NCBI RefSeq assembly: GCF_036321535.1
Contig: NC_087436.1
Span: forward strand, 110,610,001 to 110,674,000
Length of the DNA stretch: 64,000 nucleotides
From: Camelus dromedarius
Lineage: Eukaryota
Direction: 5' to 3'
The notes under the pieces were generated by a model. That model worked only from the letters and a program-made list of their open reading frames with translations. It was not told where the DNA came from and made no database searches. A program made the position numbers and the translations under genes. Shown here piece by piece: positions 35,608 through 47,304 of the stretch (positions within the stretch are counted from its first letter, which is position 1; the number at the start of each line of letters is the position of its first letter).

Positions 35608-36054
35608 AACCATTACCGAAAGAAGGAGAAGAGGTATCAAGTAAACAATGAAATTCTGTTAAAAGATAGATTTCAATAGAATCTTTCTTTACAAAGTTCC
35701 CAAGAAGTGCAAAGGAGCCACCCCCAAGCTCTGAACCCAGGTAATTAACGAGGAGAGAGCAGAGCAGACAGCTGTGGTCACAGTGCCAAACCAGATCAGC
35801 AGACATTCAAACCAGATGCGAAGAAGAAGAAGGAAGAGGTGGAGGAGGAGAGGGGAGGGGGTGGGGTGAGGGTGAGGAGGAGGAGAACTGCAGTAACACA
35901 GTAAAAACAAAGATACGTATGTTGGAGAAAAAGGTGGGGAAAAAGGTTTTTCAGTGCCCTCAGCGCCATATAAAATGTATCTAAAAATGAAATTTCCCCA
36001 AAGGCTCTCCATAGAAAACATCACCAGGGCAGTCTTTATGAGTTTGATCTAGAG

Positions 36055-36258
36055 CTACAGTGCTCAATACGACACATGTGGCTATTTAATCTAAATTTAA
36101 ATAAATTAAAATTTTTTAAAAATGTAAAATTCAGTTCCTTACTCCTGACTATAGCTGTCAAGCACTCAGTGGCTCATGCATCTACTGGCCACCATGCTGG
36201 ATAGCACAGATCTAGAGATAAACAGATTGCCGTCATCGTAAAAAGTTGTGTTAGCACT
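36055..36258. mobile_element. MER3/MER33-like hAT-Charlie MITE
   Basis: cacatgtggctatttaa...aaaattcagttcct...caagcactcagtggctcatg...ggatagcacagatctaga. Confidence 0.75.
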
Positions 36259-36906
36259 GATGTAGAGTCTTCTCTCAAAACCTAGTCAATCATGAATCCA
36301 CAAAACCTGCTGTGTTCCCTCACATACAGCGGATGTTCAGTAAGTATGTTTGAACTGCTGAATTAAGCTGGATTCAGAATAAGCAGGAAAGAAAGATTCA
36401 TTTGGAGGAAGCAAATATCTGCCACAGCAATTTCAGTAAATCCATTTATAATTGAGATTCTAGGTCAATGGATTTGGTAATAAAACTTTCTGAGTTCTCA
36501 ATTTACTGTGTTTGTAAAATTTCACTGCTGTTTCTGTGATGATTTTTATAACTTAGAACTTCAACTTCTTTGAAAACAAAGTAAGGCCAAGTAAAAATAT
36601 TTAGGTATATGCTATCCTTATACCTTTCTTGGATCAAGAAATCCATTACACCATTTTTCTTCAGGAACACCAATAGGATATCTGTCGTCTACGTGACTTC
36701 AGGCAAGTCTCTGCCCACTTCCTGCTCCCCTTGCCCACCTTACAGTGCTGTTGTGAAAAACAAGTGAGATAAGCATGTGAAAGTGCTTTGAAAATTACAA
36801 AGTTATATGTATTTTTTAATTATTATTGCAATGAGGGGGCAGTAAAGTTGCCTATAAATTAACTGCTGGGGGTTGGTATGGCTCAGAATATTAAAAGGCT
36901 TTTCAG

Positions 36907-37007
36907 GTTAATAATTAACTTACCTGTTCTACTGCTTATCAAATTGAAACACCTGTCTTTTCTGTTAATGTTTAAGTTCATTTGAGAGATGTCAGTTATG
37001 TTTGCTT
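36907..37007. promoter_or_regulatory. Candidate endoderm/kidney-type enhancer (HNF1 + GATA + FOXA motifs)
   Basis: GTTAATAATTAAC (perfect HNF1) at 36907-36919; CTTATCA at 36935-36941; HNF1-like GTTAATGTTTAAG at 36964-36976; TGTTTGCTT at 36999-37007. Confidence 0.5.
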
Positions 37008-37419
37008 GGGTATAATGAAAACACTGGGGCCTGGGTCCACTGTCTCTTCCCCATCACCTGCTCTCGACTCTCCCCCTCTTCCTGCCTCTGCTTCAGGCCT
37101 CAGAATCATGCTTGTCTTCACCCTGCCACATCTTTAGGAACAATCAAGGTTTGAGTCAGGAGAGAAATAAAGTCATTCACATACAAAAGAAAATGTCACT
37201 TTTTAAAGGATTCATTTGACAAGGAATAGTAATAAAACAAAAGGACACATTTTATTATTTCCTCCATAACATCCAACTCCAATATTATTACTCTGATGAA
37301 GCTACCATCATTATTAGCATGCTTAACCTCTTCTATTCGGGTCTCATATGGATACATCCAGTATACTTATATTTAAATTTATTATTAATCTTGCCTTATT
37401 TATTTTCAAAGCAGTTTAT

Positions 37420-37580
37420 AGTCAGCTAGGCATTCTCACATTTATCATCTCATTGAATCACTCAGCTACCCACGAGATTGTGCTTATAGCTCAAATTTTC
37501 CCTTGGCACAGAGAGATGAAGTGATTTGCTCAAGGTCACACAGCTGGTATATGGCAGAGCTGGGACCCAAATTTCACTAA
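37420..37580 (-). mobile_element. MIR SINE
   Basis: ggcacagagagatgaagtgatttgctcaaggtcacacagctggtatatggcagagctgggac. Confidence 0.8.
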
Positions 37581-39374
37581 TCTTTTCCAGGCCAACCTTC
37601 AAGTGACTCTGCCTGGAAACCTGAACACATGTTTGGTTGCCAGTTACCCTAAACCTTCCAGTGTTGCCTCTTGATTAAATCTCTGTAAATATTTTCTTCT
37701 GTTATAAATCTTATAATGTTACAGAAGCATTAACTTCAAAAATTTTTTTTAAATATTTTCTCTAGATCACCTACTTTTCATGCTAACTATGGACTGTAAA
37801 ATTGCCTATAAATACCAACTAGGAATACGAAGTTCACAGGGCCTCCATCAATACAGAGGTAAAAAAACCTTCACAAGAAGCTGAAATCAAATCGGTCTCT
37901 AGTGTGAGAGAGTGTTTTGCTATGAAGATTTTTTTTTCTACTCAGGCTGAACAGATCAAAATACTGCAGACAAGATAAATTTGCAGGAAATGGAAGTAAG
38001 GTCACCCACTGACACTTTGCACAGAAATGCCATGAGCCCCATCAGCACCAAAAAAAAAAAAAATGGAATTATTCATAAGGTTGACTTTTCAAACACTTTA
38101 TCGATTTTTGTTGGAAAATAGCCTTTTGGCCATAGCATATAGTACCACAAATAAACCAGCCTGGGAGAGAGTTGTGCTCCAACAAAAACCTTTTTGCGTC
38201 AGTAGACCCACAAAGATGGAATGTGAAAAGTGGGCAGAACTCCTACTCAGTTATGAGATGAGACAATGGGGTAAAGTGGGTAGAGCATGAGATTTGGAGC
38301 CAAAAGAATTGGCTCTTAAAATAATTAAAAATTGAGCTGTTTTAATACTTGTACAGAATCAAGTATAGTAACGCAGAGAAACATGCATACAGCAAAGCAT
38401 CTGAAGGTTGGAAAGTGGGTTTGACGGATAGAATTAAACTCCTAATTTAAAAAAAAAAAATCTCCCTTCAGAATTGTGTCTTAACACTTTTTTGCTATGA
38501 TACCTATTTTTTTTTATTCTTTCCACTAGGATAAAATAGTTTGTAATCTGAAAGATAAAACAGTTTTGCTCAGCAAACGTTAGTAGAGATGAGTGTGGTC
38601 ACCAATATCCCTCCAGAGGAAACACCTCTATTATTTTGCTACCCACAAAGGTATTTTCGCATGCCTTTAAATAATGAACAATTTTGTAGATTTTCCTTGG
38701 CATGATTTGAGGAATATGTCTAAGGCTTTCTCAAGTTCTTATTAAGGTTAGAGTTGCCTGCTAACTAATGTTTTGAGTCCTATTTATTGCAACAAGGAAG
38801 CATATGGGAAAAAGTGCAGAACTGACTGTTAGCGGCCTGGGTTTGGGAGCTAGTCTTGGAATTAATTGCCCCTACACTATTTTGCTTTTACAGCCAACTG
38901 GGCTACTAAGAACAGATACAATAATAAACCCTTTTGTCTGCAGTCTTAGCTGACCTCAACCTGGGGTGACTTTTAAGACTGCCACAGTGACACCATTGTG
39001 ATAGGCATTTAATCATGGAACACACAATGGCCCACTTTTCTCATTTTGAAAGTTGGGTTACTATTGTATGCAGCCCACACCCGGAATTTCTCCACTCCTC
39101 CCACTTTATTCATTTCCTTTCCCTAATTTTGTAGGTATTCACCTCCCCCAGTAAAATTATAAATTACTGTTTAGACAGGGAGAACAAGACTATAACTTAT
39201 TCCTCTTTGCCTACATACATTTCAGTGATTAGCACCGTCCATTGCAAAGAGTGTTTTTATTAAACATTCATTAAATAAATACATAAATGAAATATTCCTG
39301 TGGCCTTGAATAACTCAGCCTCCAAATCCATGTCTCTGCTCCCCATATTTTTAAGGAAAGGGGTAGGGATTGGT

Positions 39375-39590
39375 GAAGTGGTATAGTACAATGAAACTGT
39401 GGAATTTGGGACTAGGGAGATAAAGTTCAAATGTACATCCACAGTATAACCTTGGGCAAGGTTAACCCCTCTGAGCTTCTATATCCTCTTCTGTAAAATG
39501 AGGGTAATTCTTGTACAAATTGGTGTAAGTATTAAATGCAGTAAATGTATGTACTATATATAGCATAAAGTATAACTGTGGTAATAATAA
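39375..39590 (+). mobile_element. MIR SINE
   Basis: gtataaccttgggcaaggttaacccctctgagcttc...tctgtaaaatgagggtaat. Confidence 0.8.
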
Positions 39591-40789
39591 TATAATTTAA
39601 AAGGTTTTTTTCTGACTCTAGCATACTCTAAGATTACATTTTCTTCAAAGGAATGTTTCATTAATCATTAAGAACAAAAGGAAAATGATCACAAAATGGC
39701 TCCCTTCTGCTTATTGAGTTCCTGTACACATAATCATTTCCTGGCCTCAGTAAGAAGAATTGGGATATGAGAGAAAAGGATCTTATTGTGCTAACTTTTT
39801 ATCTTAAAATAAATGTAAGGTGTGGAGGGGGAAGTAAGAGACCAAAAAGAGAGAAGCAATTACTGTTAATTAAACACAGTAGTTTAGAGAGAGGAAACAT
39901 ATTTCATGATCCCACTATAGTAGAACAATATTACTATACAATTAGCACTCATTTGCAAAAATCATTGCCCCTATTGGCATTCCAGTCAATGTTGTTGTCT
40001 TATATAGTTAGAAATCCTGCCTCAGCTAACTAGAAGAAATTTTTCTGATGAGAGAGGATACACAGATAAACACATGCCAAGCTTACAAACACCAATGTAA
40101 TGGTGTAAATGGTGGGTCAAACTGATAATATCTCGTAGGTAAACTAAATACAGTAGAACAAGAATAAAGCCAGTTGATTGCAAAGCCATAGAAAACCAAG
40201 AATCTGACAAATTTATTTAGTGTTAAACCTTCTGACATTGTATTTTTAAAGCTAAAAATTGAATATTGGGTGATTTGAGAGCCACCAACATTGGAGCATC
40301 TGGGTTTGCTACTTGTGCCTTTGAAAAAGAATATAATCTTAGAATACATTAGAGTCAGAAAAATCCTTTTAAATTATATTATTGTTACCACAATAACACT
40401 TTATGCTGTATATAGTACATACAAGATTTTCTACACAATTAAAGTTAGTTTTTTTTTAAAGCCACTAAGTTTTGACCAAATAATTTAAATGCAAATTTTG
40501 ACTGAGAATGCCATTTTTTTTAGCCCCCATCAGCTCCAGTTTGCTACATCTGCACACACCATTGCTTTTTAGGAGACAACTCATTTTGATCTGTGGCCCA
40601 TTCACTCACCTTAAGAAATTTATTGAAGGCTTCCTGTTTGAAATGTTTTATTAGATATGTATACATGGAATGTACATTTAACTAGGGAAGAGATAGTTAA
40701 TGATAAGTAAAACATTAATAGGTAAGTAAGCATGCAAATAGATAATTAGGCTACTTTAGATAGGGATAAGTGCCATAAACAAACTGCAT

Positions 40790-40910
40790 CACTTTTCTTC
40801 TAGAAATTTTATGATTTTAGTTTTTACATTTAAGTCTTTGATCCATTTTGAGTTAATTTTGATCTATGTTGTGAGGTATGTATGAATCAAAGTTCATTTT
40901 TGCATATGGA
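40790..40910 (-). mobile_element. Short L1 ORF2 fragment
   Basis: tttcttctagaaatttt...acatttaagtctttgatccattttgagttaatttt. Confidence 0.8.
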
Positions 40911-43900
40911 CCTCTTAGGTGGTTACCCAAGCCCCACTTTAGTATCAGTGGGAAGTTTGGATTCCCATCCCCATTCCACAGTAAAAAGGCATTTCTCTCC
41001 CTTCCCACTGGGGTGGGTGTCTGAAGAGACCTAGTGAACAGTCAAGATTTTAATCACAACCTAGCTATGAACTTACCCTCACCATGGTGTCAGTAGAGAC
41101 CACATGGGGATTAGTAACAGGCCACTCCAGACCCTCCAAGTCAGCAAGACATCAGTGGAGACCTAATGAAGAACCAGAACTCCCACCCCACCCAGCAGTA
41201 ATTAGGAGTCCTCATCTTCAGATGTATCAATAGGAACCTGGAATTCTACCATCACCTCACAGTAATTAAGCATCTCTGCCCTTTCCTTCCCAAATAAGTA
41301 TACAATAAAATCAGCTAAAGTAGGACCTTAAATAAGATTCAGAGTCTCATAACATAATATCCAAAATGCCCAGGTTTCAATCCAAAATAACTATTTATAC
41401 CAAGAACCAAGAAGACCTCTAACAGAATGAAAAAGACAATCAATACGTGCTAACTCTGAGAAGACAAAGATGCTAGAATTATCTAATAAATATTTTGAAG
41501 CAGTCATGGTAAAAAAAAAAAATGTTTCAATGAGCAATTATGAATATTCTTCAAACAAATGAAAAAAAATCTCAGTAAAAAATAGAATATATAGAAGAAC
41601 CACATTAAAATTTTAAAACCAAAAAAAAAAAATACAATGATCAATATTAAAAAAAAAAAAAACCTGAGTGGGTGAGCTCAGTAGCAGAATGAAGTGGCAG
41701 AGGAAAGAATCGGTGAAATTGAAGATAGAATCTCAACAGTAGAGAGAAAGAAAATGAACAGAGCCTCACAGCCCTTTTGGACTATGACAAAATATCTGAC
41801 TTTTGTCACCAGAGTCCAAGAAGGAGAGAAAAAAGAGAGCAGGACTGAAAAAATACTTGGAAAAGTAATGGCTGAAACATCCTAAATTTGGAAAATGTCT
41901 CTAACCTACAGATTCAAGAAGCTAAGGAAATTCCAAAGAAGACAAATTCAAATAAATCTCACTAATACACATAAAAGTCAAAATTCCAAAAGTTAAAGAC
42001 ACAGAAAAAGACTTGAAAGCAGCAAGAAAGAAATGAAATTTTACTTATAAGGAGAAAGAAGTTTAAATGATGACAGATTTTTCATCAGAAACCATGAAAG
42101 CCAGAAGGACATGGTATAGCATTTTCAAAGGCTAAAATATAAGACTGTCAAACCAGAATCCTATATACAGCATAATATACTTTGAGGATAAAGGGGAAAT
42201 CAAAACATTCTCAGATTAAGAAAGATTAAGATAATTTGTTGGCAGCAGACCTACCCTAATAAAATTGTTAAAGAAATTCCCTAAACAGAAGGAAAATTAT
42301 TAAAGAACAACTTGGAACATTGAAAAGGAAAAAGGGAATGGTAGGAAGGAAAGTGGGAAAAAATAATAAATAAAAACATAGGTAAATACAATAGACTTTC
42401 CCTCTTTTTTTTTTACTTTTCTAAATTATATTTGTTCTTTCAGGCAAAAAATATAACACTAATGTAGTCCCAAATATATGTATAGGAATTATTTAAGACA
42501 ATTATATCATAAAGGAGAGAGTGAAGGGACATAAAGGGAGGTAAGGTTTCTATACTTCACTCAAACTAGTTAAATGATCACAACAGTAGACTCTGATAAA
42601 CTGTGTCTATATAATACTCAGATCAACCACTAAAAAACTATACAAAGAGATATATTTAAAAACACTATAGATAAATCAAAATAAATTCTAAAAATTGTTC
42701 CAAGTAACCTATAAGAAACCAGGAAAAAGAAAACAGAGAAACCAAAAACAGAGAGAAAAAATAAAAAATAAAAACAAATGTCAGGCTTAGTATCTAAAAT
42801 ATCAATAATTATAGTAAACAAAAATGATCTAAATACAAAAATAAAATGACAGATTAACAGGGCATATTTTAAAATATGACCAAACTATATACTATGTACA
42901 AAGAATTCAATTCAAATATAAAGATATAGGGAGGTTGAAAGTAAAATAATCAAAAAATAAGCAAACAATCAAAGAAGAGTAGGATTTGCTATGTTAATAT
43001 CATGTAAGTTAAACTTCAGAAAAAGGAAAATTAACAGAGAGGGACATTATACAATGATAAAAGAGTCAATACACCAAGAAGATATAGCAATCCTACATGT
43101 GTATGCACCAAACAACATAGCTACAAATTATGTGAAGCAAAAACTGATATAATTGCAAAGACAAATAGAAAAATCTATAAGCATAGTTGGAGTCTTCAAC
43201 ACTCCTTTCAACAACTGAGAGAACAACTCTACAGAAAATCAGTAAGCATATATAACTCAACACCACCAACTAACAAGATCTAATCAGCATTTATAAAGCA
43301 CTCCACCCAACAACAAAAGAATATACATTATTTTCAGGTGATCATAGAACATACACCAAGATAGATCATATCTTGGCAATAAATTTAAAGGCACTGAAAT
43401 CATATAGTGTGTGTTCACTGACCATAATGGAATCAAATTAAAAAATCAATAAAAGATGAAAGAAATGAAAATCTTCAAAGACTCAAAAACTAAATAAAAT
43501 GATTCTAAATAATCCATGGATCAAAGAGGAAGTCTCAAGGGAAATAAAAAATACATTGAATAGAATAAAAATTAAAATATAGTGTACTAAAATTTGTGAA
43601 GCATAAAACTAGTGCTGAGAAATTTATGGCATTAAATTCATATGTTAGAAAAGAGAGAAAGTCTTAAATCAATAGCCTAAGCAATTTACCTTAAGGACCT
43701 AGAAAAGGAAAAGCAAAATAAATCTAGAGAAAACAGAAAGAAGAGAACAATAAAGGTAACAGTAGAAATCAAGGACACTAAAAACAGGCAAAAGAGAAAA
43801 TAAATGATACAAAGACCATCAAGCAAAAAAGGAAGTTGACACAAATTATCAAAATCAAAAATGAAACAGATAATATCATGATAGATCCTTCAGACAACAA

Positions 43901-45520
43901 AAGGATAAGGGAATACAATAACAATTCTACATATATGACATTAATACTTAAATAAAATATACTAAGTCCTCCAAAAAAAAACCCCATACACAATCTACCA
44001 CATCTCACCCAATATTAAATATTTCTAAATACTAAGGACATTAAATTCATAATTTAGAAACTATCATAAAACAAATCTCCAGGCCCAAATTATCTCACTG
44101 AAAAAAATTAGCAAGCATTTAAAGAAGAATTAACTCAAATTTTACACAATCTCTAACAGAAAATAGAAAAGAACACTCGCGTTTTATGGAGCTAGTATCA
44201 AGCATTCTCTGATACCAAAACCAGAGTGTCTCAAAAATTAAAACTATAGACCAGCATCCTTCAGGAATACAGATGCAAAAATTCTTAACAAAATATTAGC
44301 AAATAGTATTTAGCAATAAAAAAAAATAATGATCACATGGGATTTATTTGAAGGGTACAAGGCTGGTTTAACATTGAAAAATCAATCAATTAATCTACCA
44401 TATTAATAGGTAAAAGAAAGTCATGCCACACTAATCAATTCAGAAAAAAGCATTTGACAAAATTCAATACCCATTTATTCAAAAAACTCTCAGAAAAAAT
44501 AAAAGGAAACTTCTCTAACTTGATAAAGCACATCTACAGAAAACCTGCTACAGCAAACATTATACTTAATGGTAAAAGACTGAATGCTTTTCACTAAGAT
44601 TAGGGGACAAGGCAAGGAAGTTTGCTCTCACTATCTTTAATCAACATAGTGCTGGAAGTTCTAGCCTGTACATTAAAGCAAAAAAGTGTAATTTATACAC
44701 ATGAGAAAGGAAGAATAAAATAATCCCTATTTCCAATGACACGATTGCCTATGTAGAAAATCTAAGGAGTCTATAAAAATACTCCTAGAACTAACAAATG
44801 AGTTCAGCAAGGTTGCAGGATAAAAGATAAACTTATGAAAATCGATTGTACTTCTATACAAAAGCAATAAATGTATAGAGACCAAAATTTTAAATACAAT
44901 ATCATTTATAATTGCTCAAAAAGAAGGAAATACTTAGATGTATATCTAATAAAAAAGTATAGAATTTGCTGAAAATTACAAAATGTTGATGAAAGAAATC
45001 AAAGATCTAAATAAATGGGGTGAAATACTGCGTTTATGCATTGGAATATTCAATATAACAAATATGTCAGTTCTCCTTCAAATTGATATGTAAATTTAAC
45101 ACATTTCCTACTAAAATCCAAGCAATACTTTTTGTAGATATAGATAAGATTATTCAAAAGTGTATATGAAAAGGCAAAGGAAATAGAATAACTGAAATAA
45201 TTTTGAAAAAGAACAAATTGGAAGGAATCAGTCTACCCAATATCAAGCTACCCCAGCTTACTGTGTAGCTTTGGCAATCAAGACCGTGTGGTATGGGTGA
45301 GGGTGTAGACACATAGATCAATCCAACACGACACCCAGAAATCAGTCCAACTGACTTGACAAAGGTGCAAAAGCAATTCAACAGAGGGAAGGTAGTCTTT
45401 TCAGTAAACAGTACCAGAACAACTGGTCATCCATAGGGGGAAAAAACGAACATCAGCCTAAGTCTCATATCTCATACAAAATTTAACTCAAAATATACTA
45501 AAGAATTAAATGTTAAACAC
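40911..45520 (+). mobile_element. Decayed old L1 (L1MC/MD-like): 5'UTR, ORF1, and ORF2 EN+RT; 3' end missing
   Basis: ORF1-like peptide (MAEERIGEIEDR...). Degenerate EN motifs VG(D)FNTP at ~43186 and (S)DHNGIK at ~43414. RT motifs GTRQG..LS at ~44602 and LF(A)DD-like at ~44725. Many stops and frameshifts. Confidence 0.9.
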
Positions 45521-45875
45521 ATTTGGTCTTGCATTTATTCCTACAATACTCTGTCCCTGACCTTTCACAGCTGACAATTGCTCATCCTTAAATACCAGTT
45601 TACACCATTGCCCGGAGGGACTTTAACCAATCAATTTCTTTAAGTGAAACCTTCTCCCCAGCCTCATTGATTGCTATCATAACATCTTGTTCAGCTTACT
45701 TAAAGCCCTTATCTCATAATTTATTATTACACAGTTTTATTAAATTTGTTTACTTGTTTACTGTTTGGCTCTTCCACAGTGTTCTAAGCTCCATACTGCA
45801 AGAACCATGTCTATTTTATTCAGGAATGTGCCCCAGTCATCTAGCAGAAAGATGTCCTAAGAAATATCTGTAGAG
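45521..45875 (+). mobile_element. L2 3' fragment
   Basis: ttgtttactgtttggctcttccacagtgttctaagctccat...aaccatgtctattttattca. Confidence 0.65.
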
Positions 45876-47304
45876 AAAACAAGTTAATCTGTCTTAGAAC
45901 GCCAAGAGAACCTTGTGAAAGAGTTCCTGATGTCTTTCATCAAACTCAGAAATCTGCTTGTGAGGCAAGAACTCAAGATTCAAATGGGCTTGATGCCTAG
46001 CTCCTCCACTTAACAGTTCAGTAAATGAGTAAATTATTTAAACTCTTTGAGCCTCTAAGGATTGTTACAGGTAGTGAATTAAACCATAAATAAAAAGTTT
46101 ACATAGTAGGCACTAGATAAAACATTGCCTCCTTTTTTTAGATGGGTTGACCTCTTTTTGACCTCTAAATTAATGAATGAGCAAAACTTCTGAAATACCC
46201 TGCATCCTTTTGAACTTTACATAACAGTTGAGAACATCTGTGGTTACTTGCAAAGGAGAATTATTATCCCCAAAACAGAACTAAAAGGAATGATCTTCCC
46301 TAAATTGCATGAACTTTATAGGCACAAGGAAGATGAGAATTTTAAATGACCCACTTCTCTTTAAATTATACACATTTTTGTCTTCAGCACAGCCGTTGTT
46401 AGGTTCTTAGATCTATCTTGGGGAGAATGATGTCCTGGGTTAGGCACAGGAAGAAGGTACTGCCCAACAAAACCAGATTCCTCCTGCCCCAACCCCAAAA
46501 AATGTTTAATAAGAGTAAAGGATGTCCTTGAAGCATCTGCATGGACTTTACAGTCAATAACTCTTTGGATTTTATTTCTTTTGGATGTTTCTGCACTAAA
46601 GACAAAAGGAGTGGTCTTTGAAACTAGCTGACAAAGGGCTTTTATGAACTATCCCTGATCTGTTCCACAGAAGGAAGCTTTGGTTTCAGTGCACTAGGGA
46701 AAGGGATCATTCTATTTATTCAATGCTGCATACCTAAGGCTTGGGGAAGGATCAGCCATTTGGTACGTGGTTCACAAATATTCGCTGGATGAATAAATGA
46801 GTGAATGAGAAGTCAGTCTTGGTTGCAGGAGCAGATTGTTAACTCAGTAGGGACCCAGAATACTGTAGTAAAAAAGACTATTCCAACCTTGTTATTTAGC
46901 ATCTCATCTACTCCTTCACGTATACTAGATCTAAAAGAGGTCTCTGTTTAAACAATTTCCAGACATGAGAAGTCAACTTCAGTCAGGCCATTTCATCTGC
47001 ATCCCATTTAATCACTAGTATTTTCTTCCAAAGGACCAAAGTCTATCTCCCTTTAGCTTCCATTCATAGGCCCTAGTTCTTATCTTTCTTCCAAAAATAG
47101 CTTACCAAAAGCTTTAAGAGAGCTATCCTGCCCTTGATATTCTGAAATTAATAGAAACTCCCAAGAGTCCACTGAAAAAGGAAAAGCATTAAAAAGAAGC
47201 TTCTGGATAACAATATCAGGATTCACACTCAGTGAACATAAGCTAGCTAGTAAAAGGTCTCAGGATAGTGGGGAGAAAACCACTAACTTTATGTTTTACT
47301 AAAT

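Noticed and set aside
40920..41300. Repeat-spacer-like pattern suggesting CRISPR
   Set aside because: Units are degenerate and irregular and run straight into L1 ORF1; the context is mammalian with no cas genes.
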